A program made the position numbers and the translations under genes. From Convolutriloba macropyga (Eukaryota): a DNA stretch of 64,000 bases. The notes under the pieces are model-generated. The model did not search any database and was not told where the DNA came from. It saw only the letters and a list, made by a program, of their open reading frames with translations. Positions 38,224-48,879 of this stretch are shown here, in pieces (the stretch's first letter is position 1; each line of letters starts with the position of its first letter). Location of the stretch: NCBI RefSeq assembly GCF_964194025.1, contig NC_134480.1, forward strand, positions 27,528,001-27,592,000, given 5' to 3'.

Positions 38224-38616
38224 CTATCCGCGGAGAAATTGTAATAGGTTGAGAGAATGAACAGTTAGCAATGAATAGTGTTGCTGGTAGTTAGCAGGCA
38301 GAAAGTAGTTTGAATGATGGATGGTGTTGCGGGGGAATTGGGGGAAATTTGACATTTTGATTAATTGGGATTGTGGGGAATTATCCCTGGTTGGGTTGAT
38401 TAGTGTTCCATTATAGGCTTTCATTGTGATTGATGGACAGTTCGCCTTCCGGGTTAATGGATTTCCTTCTTTTTCTCGTTTTGACAGATAATTGATAAGT
38501 TTCCTTTGGGAGTTGCATCTTATTACTCCGTTGTTTAGTGCGTCAGTATAAATTCTTTTTAAAAATAAATTCGTCGCTGGATAAAAAGGTAGGGAGCAAA
38601 TCACCGCCTTTAACAA
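38224..38616 (-). CDS. Hypothetical accessory ORF (130 codons, start uncertain)
   Basis: Open frame in the same array; TTG start in the track. Confidence 0.3.
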   Translation of the reverse strand: MLKAVICSLPFYPATNLFLKRIYTDALNNGVIRCNSQRKLINYLSKREKEGNPLTRKANCPSITMKAYNGTLINPTRDNSPQSQLIKMSNFPQFPRNTIHHSNYFLPANYQQHYSLLTVHSLNLLQFLRG

Positions 38617-38930
38617 TGGAGGTTTAAGGGGAATTGCTCTGTAATTTTTCCTTGTCGATTTTTCTCAAAGAATAACTGCAAGTAATGAAAATTTCGGTTT
38701 AATACTCGAATAATATCAAAATTTTGAATTAAGTTTTCGCAAATATAATGGTAGGTACTTTCCAGATGGAGGATAGGTCTCTCTGGTTTACTTAGGGCTA
38801 TTAGAAATGTTGTTAATTAATATATTTTTTTAATTTTTTATTTTTAAGTTTTGTTTTCCTTGCTCACTGCTAACACAAGATTTCTAATTTGCGGCAGAGT
38901 AGAAGTGAATGTAATTGATAACTTTTAACA

Positions 38931-39002
38931 AGTGACTTAGTTCAGTGGTTAGTTTCTCTGGCCGTTGAGCTGGGGTTCCGGGTTCGAATCCCGGCGGGTT
39001 CC
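38931..39002 (+). ncRNA. tRNA-like Pol III cassette
   Basis: A-box TAGTTCAGTGG and perfect T-arm CCGGG-TTCGAAT-CCCGG at tRNA spacing; acceptor and anticodon stems do not pair well. Confidence 0.6.
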
Positions 39003-39158
39003 CGGTGCTTCCATAATGTGGGAAAATCTGGGAAAGGGCAAAGGGGTGTAAGGGTAAGCTAGGGTAAGGGGGTAGAGAAAAAGGGGAAGGGTAAAAAAAA
39101 TTTAACTTTTTTTTCCTTTTTTTTAATTTATAAGCTGTTTTTACGGACCACGCGGCCG

Positions 39159-39236
39159 TCCCACTTAGCGCAGTTGGTAGCGCGCTGCACTCTCATACTG
39201 AAGTTGAGGGTTCGAGTCCCGGTCAGGTTTTTTTTT
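39159..39236 (+). tRNA. tRNA-Met(CAT)-derived gene or pseudogene with T9 terminator
   Basis: TAGCGCAGTTGGTAGCGCG D-arm, TCTCATA anticodon loop (CAT at 39194-39196), CTGAAG, B-box GGTTCGAGTCCC, then T9; acceptor stem degenerate. Confidence 0.6.
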
Positions 39237-39237
39237 C

Positions 39238-41616
39238 TTAAACGTTTCCTGTATTGATTGTTCTGAGAGGGTACGCTCCGTAATGGGATATTGGTGGGTG
39301 TTCTGGTATATGTGTATAGATGGGCTGACTCGGTGCGGCAGGCCTGTTGACATGATCAATTTTGATAGTTGGTTCTCCGTTACGTTTTAGTCTCCTGATG
39401 TAGTCTCTTAGGAATGTGTAAGGAGTGCGAGGTTTATTTATGTTTTCTTCGTTTTGGTTTTCGAACTCAGTTTTAATTTCGAGTGGTAGTACTAGTGAGC
39501 AATTGTGCAGGGGATGTTCTGGATGTTCTTGTAGGTATTCATAGTCATTTAATGCAACAACTTGTACTGGTTTTGTTTTTATTCGCCGTCCTTCGTGTGT
39601 TATTCGGAAAGGGAAACGTCGGTGAAGTTTTGCCCATTTGTGTAAAAGATGCGAATAAGTTAGATGTAGTAATACGCTATTCAAGAAGGATAAAAATCCG
39701 AAAAGAAGAGACATTTTCCATGGTATGTACTGTTCGAATCGGTGTTCGAGTTCGGGCTTGAATGCTCTTATTCTTTCTAAAATTGGTTCGGCCATTTGTT
39801 CTATTGATTTGCTGTTTGTTCGTCGTGTTTCCATTTGTTTAAACTCTGGTTGAATTTGCTGAAGAATTTGAATTTGTGCCTCAGATCTTGATGAGAAGTT
39901 TGGTAGTTCATCCAATGGGGGCAGTAGTTTGAAGAGTGTACCTATTGGATCTGGTAATTGAAAATCTAACCGTATTGCCGGTACTGTGTCACAAGCAGTG
40001 AGGTCTGAGCGACGATGAACATTTGGTCCTCTAAGCTGTTTTCCACATCCCAGTGTGATGATACACACTCTGCACCCAGGATGCTCAATTCTTGCCAATG
40101 GATTGCTGCCATTACCAGCGCTTTCGATGAGTGTATAATCGTCTTTGGACGATGTTATTAACCAACGACCGAAGCCGAGATTGCGTGCTTTTTCAGTCAA
40201 CGGCAATTCTACTACATCCAGTTGACAGCGTTGCAATGCAAGTAGCTCGTCATCGTGGTAAAGTAAAGTAGCCATACAGGACTGATAAGTCTGTTCTGTT
40301 GGAATAGCTTTGGTGCATATTGCGTATTTTTGGGATCCGATACAATTTGCGAGCTCGTCTTCATCGATAAACGCTAGTTCTTCTCCGTCGTCTGAGACGG
40401 CCATGTATTTGGCTTCAAGTCGCCAAACTAAAGCTTTACCCGTATCCCCGTCCGGCATTGGGATCGGAATGGCATGCAATACGTTCATAACTGTACTTTT
40501 TGAAGCCATTGGAATTGCAAGTGTAAGTATAAGACCTGCGTCAATTGCCTCGACTTAAGTGACTAATTTCGTTTCACAGTACGAGAGAATCTCTTGGATT
40601 GGTACGGCTAGAGATAATCCATCCTGTTGTCCATTTTGTTGCAAATGAACAATCGTAAGAATTTCATGCAACTGCTCCCTTGGGACTAATGACATTGGTA
40701 ATAGTTGATTCATGAGAGGCGTCAAGGCATTCAGTATGTTGATTCCAAACGTATAAAGGGCCGATCGGTATGTTTTGATGTTAGCAAGTATTGCTTGAAA
40801 AATATTGCTAAGTACAAGACTATGTTGGTTGATTTGTTCTCTTACGTATAAGTATTGGATGCAGTTTCTCATGTGGTGCACGTTTTGTCGTAACGCCTTG
40901 AATTGTCCTTCAGCAAGTTCCCAGTTCCTGTTTTGTGTCTCTATTATTTCGTTCTGGGCTTCTTTGATGGCTTTCAGTTCACCTGATACAACATAGAATT
41001 TTTCATTGTTTTGGATTGTTATTTGTTCGACATGATCGGTTAGGTATTGAAGATAAGCCATTGCTTGTCTGATGTTTTTCTGGTTTCTAGCCACTCTTTT
41101 GTCGCATCCTCCAAACACTGATTTGATGAAGCATAGTAATTTGTCGCCTGTTCCTATTCCAATTCCCAGCACTGCGGCTGCTGCTGCTGCGGCAGCCGCA
41201 CCGAGGGGTTGTCTTTGCAGTGTTGTAGAAGTTTGACTGTTTGCTCTTAGTAGTGTGTTCATTTCCAATTTGAGGTTTACAATGTCGTGTTGGGCCTGTT
41301 GGTTTTCTATCATTGTTTGTTGCGCTATCCAGTGGAGGCCTGCTGTCGAGTCAGTCATATTTGTGAAATTCAATGGGCATCCATAATTTTCTGAAGTCCA
41401 CATTTTGTCTATCTCTTTTGTCAGGTTGATCAGTTTGTCTTCCACTGTTTTGTTATATATTGGGTAGGGGACCAGGATTTCAGTTTTGACAAATTTTTCT
41501 GTCAATAGAATTTTCTGGTGAAGGTTGAATAATACTCCATCTTTTGTTGCCACCGATGGTTGGTTCGTTTTCATCAAGGGTAAAAGTTGTAGTAAAAATA
41601 GTACGATATTGAGCAT
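39238..41616 (-). pseudogene. env: env, class I fusion (F-type) glycoprotein, 793 codons with one in-frame TAA at 40555-40557
   Basis: Signal peptide, N-glycosylation sequons, fusion-peptide-like PLGAAAAAAAAVLGIGIG, heptad repeats, LPMSLVPREQL motif, Cys-rich region, TM segment and cytoplasmic tail. The two track ORFs share one frame. Confidence 0.85.
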
Positions 41617-42318
41617 TTTGCTAGCTAGGCTTGTTTGTGAAATTGAATCAGAGTCTTTGTGCGACCGATTTTGAGGTACAAAATTTTGGAAAATGATTTG
41701 AGCTGTGTCTTTTTTCCTTTTAAATTAGGATTTTTTTGGAGTGTTTTCATTGGTTGGTGACGTATCTAATGTGTATGTATAATAGAGAATTGGTGCTCAA
41801 TTCCTATTGGCTGTCATCTTCGAAGCCAAAAGTTTGGTGAAGGTTTCCGTTGATCTCCCGACGGTGAAGTGTTAGCGGAACAATTCTTCGTCTGTTTTGA
41901 AGCGTTGGGCCAAGGTCCGCTAGTTCTCTGTTGGATACTCTTTGAGGAAGTGGTGAAGATGTTCTTGGGTTGTCGTGTTGAGCAATAGCACTATTGCTTT
42001 CGTTATTTTCAATTTGTGAAATGGTGCCTCCTATAAGGGAGTGCTCATTGTTCTCGTCGGATCTCGGTTGTTGGACATCATCGCTTGAGGTTGTATTGTT
42101 GTAAATATCGTTGATCGAGTTGGTCCGGTAAAAGGTTTCGCCTGTAGTGTCTAATATTGGGGGCGTGTAGACGGGGCTATCAACGTCATCAAATAGATCG
42201 CCAAGATTTTCAGATGAATCGAACGTGAAGTCATTGAGACTCTGGTTTCGCGACTGTGAGCTTGTTGCTTGTGAGTCTGCAATGCTCTCATCGTGATCAG
42301 TTTCTGTTGTATCAATTG

Positions 42319-45300
42319 TCAGGTTTGGGTCTGGGATGTGGTCAAGTGGGAATAAGTTATTACTTTGACCTGTTCTTCCTTTGCTTTTTCTGATGGTTGC
42401 AAGAGGTTATATAGCGAGTTTTCTCGGGCCAATGCCAGATGATCATTTCTGCGAAGGTTGTATCGTCGATTTGAGCCAAAACGACTGTCGGACGGTAAGA
42501 AGTTCGAGAAGACGTAGTCTCCTGTATCAATTGATTCTGGTGTTTCTTGCGTGTTTGCGCTTGGAACTGAGCCTTCCACGAAGAATGCATCTTGGTCAAA
42601 CGTCGGTTCGTGTGTCATATCATGAAATTGTATTGGCGGGTCTTCAGAAGAAAAATTAGCTGTTTGGATGTTTGAGTTGAAAGAAACTGACTGGACATCT
42701 GGTGTTGTTATGGGTAGCTGCATGTTGTCTTCGTTAATGTGGTGCCTGACTTGGTTGTCGAACAGCTGTGGTTCTCTCTCTTCTTCTGGTATGGTGGGAT
42801 CTGCTTCAAAGTTTTCGGGGTCTACATGTTCGAGGTCTTCTACTTGATATTGAGGTTTCACAGGTCGAAGTCTCATTCGATGGATACATTACGTGTAATT
42901 TGTGTTGGTTTTGCGTACAATGTAGTTTGCATTCATGAGCAATTTTTCTACTCTGTATAATGGTATCCACCTGCTTTGCTGTTTATTCACCACTGCTACT
43001 TGTGTTGTGCTTTTTGGGTCAAGGATCAGGCAGTATGATTTGGGTTTTAGTGGTGTGGCGTTGGCTTTTCTGTCATAGTACTTTTTATATTTCAGATAAG
43101 ACGAGATAAGGTTGTCTTTTACGCTGGAGAAAAGCTCCGTAGTTTTGTCTTGTAGCTCTTTAATGCAGTCGTATTTTGGGTGAGACGCCCATAATTTTGT
43201 ATTCTGAAATCTGAGGTCCAAAGGATTTATCGGTGTTCTGCCGTGAAAGACTTCAGATGGCGTGCACCCAAGAGCTGGTGCAAATGTTGTGTTGTGTATG
43301 AATACTGCAATGTCAACGTATCTATGCCAGTCCGAGGAAGTTTGGTTTTCGTTAATTCTCAAGATTTGTTTGAGCGGTGCGTGGTTTCTTTCAAGTAAGC
43401 CAATGGTTTGCGCATGTTTCAGTGTGCAATGTTTGAGCTCTACCTCCAATAGGTTTGCTAGTTCACTCATTAATTCGGATGTAAACGCAGTTCCAAGGTC
43501 ACATATGATTCTTGAGGGAATGTAGGAGTGTCTCAGAAAAATTGAGACAAGGGCTCGTGCTACGATGTCTGCGTCGCCTTTCATAAGGGGTGTGGCGAAA
43601 AGGTACTTCGAGAACACGTCAATACCTGAGAGAATGTAAGTGTAGGGAGAAGGGTGCATCTTTCCCACCAGATCTATTAGTAAAGGTCTGCTGGGAAGTT
43701 TTGCAGAGACGAAAGTGGTTGTAATGGAGGTTTCAATGCAGATGTTGGTGCTGGTTTTGTTTGCAAGCATGTGAGACAGTTTCTGATATATTCTGTTAGG
43801 CGTTCAGTGAAGTTCGGGAAGTAAAATCGTTTTCTAAATTCTGCTATTGTCAGTGAGACTCCTTTGTGCCCACTCCAAACACTGTTATGAATTCTGTAGA
43901 GTACTTCATTCTGTAAGTGCGACGGGACGCAATATTGTTTAATAAATTGGTTTCCAGTGTGGTTATAGAACTAGCGATGAAGGACGCCTTCTGTTATCGA
44001 TAGTCTTGGGAACTGCTGGAGATACTTTTTTAGGTCACTGGATAGATATTGTCCTGTAGTCGGTGAACCTCTCTCAAACCAGAGCAGTACCCGTTTGATA
44101 TCTTTGTCTTGTTGTTGTTCGTGCTAAAGGTCGTTCTAAAGGTCCGTGCCCATGAGTGATGAATTCATCCAATGGGTTTTGTTCATGCATGGCGTTTATT
44201 TGTTGCGTTGCAGGTGCAAGAATTTGCAGTTGGACGTCAGCTCGAACATTCATAGGATCTTCTCCGCTGGTTTGTTTTCTCTCAAGTAAGTATGTCTTCA
44301 TAATTTTGGGGGTATCGTCATTTTCTGAGCTGCTCAGATAACTGATTGAATTGTCAGGTGTATCTGCTGCTGTGTTGATTTCGATTTCGTGCATCGGTAC
44401 GCGTGAGTTGACGCGTAACTCGAACTTCTCTTTCGGGTTTATGTGTATTCTCGACAGATAAGCCGCTGCTAAATTGGCTTTTCCGGGTATGTGTCCCAGT
44501 ATGATGTCGAAGCTGAGTGCATGATCGAGAGCATTCCAAAGTGTTGGCGGTATAATTTTTGTTTGGAAGAACCTGGTTACTGTTCTGTTGTCTGTCAAAA
44601 TGAGAATTGGTTTTTTACATCCCCATATAATATTTGCAAAGGTATCTAGGGCAAAGTGAACTGCGAGGAATTCTTTCGCATATATCGAAAGTTTGAGTTG
44701 GTTTGGGTGGAAAATTCTAGATCCAAAACTGACGGTTGCATAAATTTTCAGTTCCTGATTATCATCATTTGTTGTGTAGTCTTCTATCATTAGTACGTAT
44801 CCGGCTGCGTAAAAGGATGCATCGGCCATTATTACATATTGCTGGTCAACTTTGGGTAATCTGAGTGAAAGGTCACAGGCTGTTCTTAGATCATTTGTGA
44901 GCTTTTCCAGCATAACTTGGTGTTCTTCTTCTATCACGAAATTGGTGTCTCTCTTAAGTAGACGATAGAACGGTAAAAGTTTTTCAGCAAGTTCAGGGAT
45001 AAAGGCTTTGTAAAATTGAAAAAATCCGATCATTCGTTTGACTTGTTTTGGGTTTCGCGGCATTCTGAATGTTTTCAGAAAGGTTGTAATCTTCTGTGTA
45101 ATTGGTGTGAGACCCTCAGAGGTTATCGTATTGCCAAGGAATTGTATTTCTCTGAGTCCAAATGCGCATTTGTCTGTTGCGAGTTTCATTCCTGATTCTC
45201 GGATGCATGTAAAGACTGCTCGAAGTTTTTCCAACATGTCGTTTGTGTCATGTGCTCCGATGCCAATGTCGTCGACGTACTGAAAGCATTTATCCGCTGT

Positions 45301-47013
45301 TATCACGGGGTCCAGGTTTTGACGCATGAATGAGCTAAAGGCGCTGACACTTCTGCTTAGTCCTTGGGCTAGTCTTTGAAAAGCATATATTCTCGATGCG
45401 AAGTTGAAGGCCAGTAACTGTACTGATTGTTCATCTGCCATTGGTACAGAGAAGTAGCCGTGCCTGCCATCCATCTTGCAAAAGAGTTTCTTGCCGGGTA
45501 AGTGGGTGCCCGCATCTGCTAGTGTAGCTATCGGGAAGTTGTTATTGTTGTAGTCGTTTCTAATGAGATGGTTTATTTTTCTTAGATCTACTAATATTCT
45601 GAGCTTCCCGTTTGGCTTCCGTTTTGCAAATATTGGAGATGAGTAGCGGCTGAAGGGGAGCGTTGTTATGACTCCGTAGTACTGGAGAAGGGCTAGTTCA
45701 ACAAGCAAATCGTCTTTGAGATGGATTGAAATTCTTTGAGTTTTTGAGTATACAGGTCTGTTTGTGTCTGGTGTCAATTTGACTGAGAATTTGTGAGTGT
45801 AGCCAATGTCAAGGCGGTGCCTTGTGAATATGTCATTGAATTCGACTAGAAGCTGTTCTGTTCTTTCTTTATCTTTGTCAGAGAGTACGCTGTTGCTCCA
45901 TTTGAATGCGTTAAGAAAAGTTTTCCTGTCTTCGTTTTTCGAGAGTGGTTGAATTGCTTCAAGATTTTTAAATTTAACAAGTTCGTCATATATGCGTTTT
46001 TCAACTTCACTCATCTTTGATGTGTCGGGATTGGTTTCTGGGGTCGGAAACCAGAATCCGTTTTCGTGTTTTATTGTTATATGATTTATTTCGCCTTTTG
46101 CTGTTCTCTCTATAGATTTTTTTATTTGCTTTATTGTTTTCTTTGAGTCGCTTGATGGGAGAAGTTTTGGCTCAAGTGGTATCAGGTAGCGTGCTTGCTC
46201 TGGTGTGATGATTTCGAATGTTGCTACTGGAGAGTCTTGTCTAATGTGCAGTGGAACTTCTGTTGTAATGATTGCAAGTAGGGTGGTAGTTTTGTTTTTT
46301 GTAAGTTTGTCAAGCGTGCTTGTTAGACCAAGGCCCAGTTTTTCAAATTTAACAGTAGGCTCTACGAGTCCAATTTGTTCTTGTGCATCAGTTTCCTCCG
46401 ATGGTATTAGTTCCAGGGATTTTTGTTTCCCAGGTGATAGCGTATAGGTTGTTTTGGTTTTGAGCATGATTTTTTTTCGGCTGTTGAGACGTTTTTGTTT
46501 GTTGTTGCCTTTTATGTGCATTAGATTTAGCTGAAAAGTGAATTCTGGTGTTTGGAGTAGTCTGTTGTGGGCATCAATAATAATCTCATTTTTATCAAAG
46601 AAGGGAAAGCCAAGAAGGATAGCGGAAAGTGTTTCAAACACCATGAACTGTTCCTCAAATTGTAAGTGGCCAATTTTGAATGTCAGTTGGACTGTAAATA
46701 AAATGGGTGATTGGTGTAGGAAAGCTGTAGAAACGTTTATTTCAGGAGGATTTGTTTTTTCTGGTTTTTGGTAGAGGTTTCTGCTTATTTTATCAAAATG
46801 TTTCTTTGACATGGCGCTGCTGAATGCTCCAGTGTCTGCTAATGCTTTCATTATTAATGTTTCGAACTGCAGAGGCATTATGAATACATTTTCGCTATAG
46901 TTTGTCATGCTATCTGGTATATGTTGTAGAAAAACATGCAGGTTATTTAGTTTTTTGATTGCTGATTGAATGGCATGTTTCCATCCCGGTATGCTGGTTG
47001 ACGTTCTGGACAA
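42319..47013 (-). pseudogene. pol: pol (protease, RT, RNase H, integrase plus acidic C-terminal extension), disrupted
   Basis: PR ALADTGA; RT YVDD; RNase H ADAS..E..TD; IN HHCC (HNSVWSGH...CLTC, about 43890-43770) and D-D-E (IDL, CDLG, LERNH). Lesions: frameshift about 44120, TAG 43972, frameshift about 43680, TAA 42889. Confidence 0.95.
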
Positions 47014-47984
47014 TCTCGGGCAGTGTGCTCATTGCTAGCACATGTTCTGCAAAATGTTCTCATTGGTGTAGGAGATCTTTCGGTACGTCCATTACTTCGG
47101 TCGTTTCGTTGGAAGTTTGACCTTCCTCTCGAATAATTTCCTCGACCTCTCTGAAAGCTACCACGGTTGCGTCCTCTGCTGTTGTAGTTGTTATTGTATC
47201 CTCGGCCATTTTGGTTTCCATTATACTGGTATGTCTGTCTGTTGTGGTTGTAGCCTCTGTAGTTATTTCCTCTTCTGTAGCTAGGGTACTGAGTACTCTC
47301 CACGCGCTGATAAGGTGGCTGTGCTACTTGCATTGATGCTATTCCTGCCGCCATTATGCTTTCTATGGCTCGGGCCACAGCAGGGTTTCCTGATGCGTTT
47401 AGTGTATTGAATGCCGTGGTGTATTGTGGTTCGGGGTTTATCTGATCAATTCTGACTCGTCGTTTGATGATAGCGCACAGTTCGTTTACAGTGATGTTGT
47501 CATTCTCTTTCAGCAACACATTCTTGTACTTGAAGGGCATGCCTTGAATGAATTGTTCTCTTATTCGTCTTGTTCTTTCGTCAGTGCGGTCTATGTGAGC
47601 TGCAGGATCGTCCACAATTGCGAGGTTGGCGAGGCGTTGCAGATCTGTGAGGAAGTCATCTGGTTGTTCTTTCACTGGATCAAACTTTCTCGATTGCAGA
47701 TCGAGCTCAAAGTTTCTTCTTTGGTCTGCTCCTGCATATCGGTTGCGTAGTTGTTCAAGCGAATCGTCTAGATCGTTTCTTGTGTTTTCGGCGAGTCGAA
47801 GGTAATAGTTGAGTGCATTACCGGCTAAGTGTAGGTGAAGATATCTTGCACGTTGGTGGTTCGCTTCAGGAATTCTAGATACAGCAATGCTTGCTCTCAG
47901 TAGTCTTTCAAATTCAGGCCAGTTTTCGTTTGGTAGTCCTGAGAACCTTTTCAGATGTACGTGAGGTGGACTTGGATCTGCCAT
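46947..47984 (-). CDS. gag: gag (capsid-like domain, RG/N-rich linker, CCHC zinc knuckle)
   Basis: FSGLPNENWPEF..LHLAGNALNYY..EQPDDFLTDLQRLA..EQFIQGM; CRTCASNEHTARDC knuckle. Confidence 0.93.
   Translation of the reverse strand: MADPSPPHVHLKRFSGLPNENWPEFERLLRASIAVSRIPEANHQRARYLHLHLAGNALNYYLRLAENTRNDLDDSLEQLRNRYAGADQRRNFELDLQSRKFDPVKEQPDDFLTDLQRLANLAIVDDPAAHIDRTDERTRRIREQFIQGMPFKYKNVLLKENDNITVNELCAIIKRRVRIDQINPEPQYTTAFNTLNASGNPAVARAIESIMAAGIASMQVAQPPYQRVESTQYPSYRRGNNYRGYNHNRQTYQYNGNQNGRGYNNNYNSRGRNRGSFQRGRGNYSRGRSNFQRNDRSNGRTERSPTPMRTFCRTCASNEHTARDCPERQPAYRDGNMPFNQQSKN
46950..46956 (-). promoter_or_regulatory. Putative -1 ribosomal frameshift heptamer A-AAA-AAC
   Basis: Slippery heptamer immediately before the gag TAA, inside the gag/pol overlap. 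Confidence 0.7.
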
Positions 47985-48470
47985 TTTCTTTTAGTCAGTT
48001 CGTTGTTAAAGTGTTTTTGTGGAAAGAGCAATTTGTACGCTTCTCCAATTTAGCTGTGTCACAGAGTTTGCAGTTTAGGCTATTTGGTTGGTCTTTTGTG
48101 TTCTTCGCTGCAAGTTTTTGACTTACTTTTCTGTCGATTGTTTTGTCGTTGAAGAATACGAACGGGTTTCTAGGATGATAGCCTTCCAATAGTGTCATAG
48201 AAGTATTGTTGTGGCTTGCGTTGTATTTTCTCTTTGCTAGCAAAACAAAGAGGTTGATGCTCAAATAATTGTGAATGGGTAAAGTTGGTTTGTGCTTGTG
48301 GTTTGGTTAGTTTCTCGAATTCGGTAGTTTTGAAAGAAATTGTAAAGTTCTGAGTTTTTTGTAATACGGATCCGTTTGATATCGGTTTGATTGTCTTCTT
48401 GTGCGATAAAATAAAGGCTAATTCCGGTGTTTGTTTTTCTAATGATTCGAAGGTTGTAAGTTTTTCCGTT

Positions 48471-48808
48471 AATGATAACTCTCTTCTTAGTTTGCTTCTG
48501 CCTTTTCTATCTTTTTAGAGGCGGCTGTGTAGGTGCTAGTGCCAAGTGCTATATTGTATGAAGACGAGTTATCGTTGCAATATCCTTTCTAATAAAGGCT
48601 TTTAATTGCAAGTTTTTGCTAAGTGCTATTCGGAGCGCGGGTTCGGTAAAAACGCTCTTTTTCTGCTACAAGTTTTCAATTCAAGTAATTTAGTAAGCAA
48701 CTGAACTGTACTGCGCAGAATCGTCTGTCTGAATTTCAAGATAATAAAAGCGTGCTGTATGAATTTACAAAAGTCTTTTTCAACCAATCAAAATTTAGCA
48801 TCGTCATA
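48471..48808 (-). repeat. 5' LTR
   Basis: Direct repeat of 33466-33803. Confidence 0.97.
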
Positions 48809-48879
48809 GTGTTCTTTGAAATAATGGTTTTCAGTCGACTTCTTGTTAAAAATCAAGAGACCTAGTCAATTTGTGGTTC

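Larger units (their letters stand above)
33466..48808 (-). mobile_element. Full-length env-bearing Ty3/Gypsy LTR retroelement with large accessory region (15.3 kb)
   Basis: Two direct LTRs; 5-bp TSD GTGTT (33461-33465 and 48809-48813); gag, PR-RT-RNaseH-IN and env on the - strand. Confidence 0.95.

Noticed and set aside
38931-39236. Functional translational tRNAs or a direct self-encoded primer
   Set aside because: Acceptor stems do not pair and neither 3' end convincingly matches the sequence next to the 5' LTR; kept only as tRNA-like cassettes.
39483-48121. Numerous short + strand ORFs opposite gag, pol and env
   Set aside because: Antisense shadows of coding sequence, mostly non-ATG starts and without motifs.
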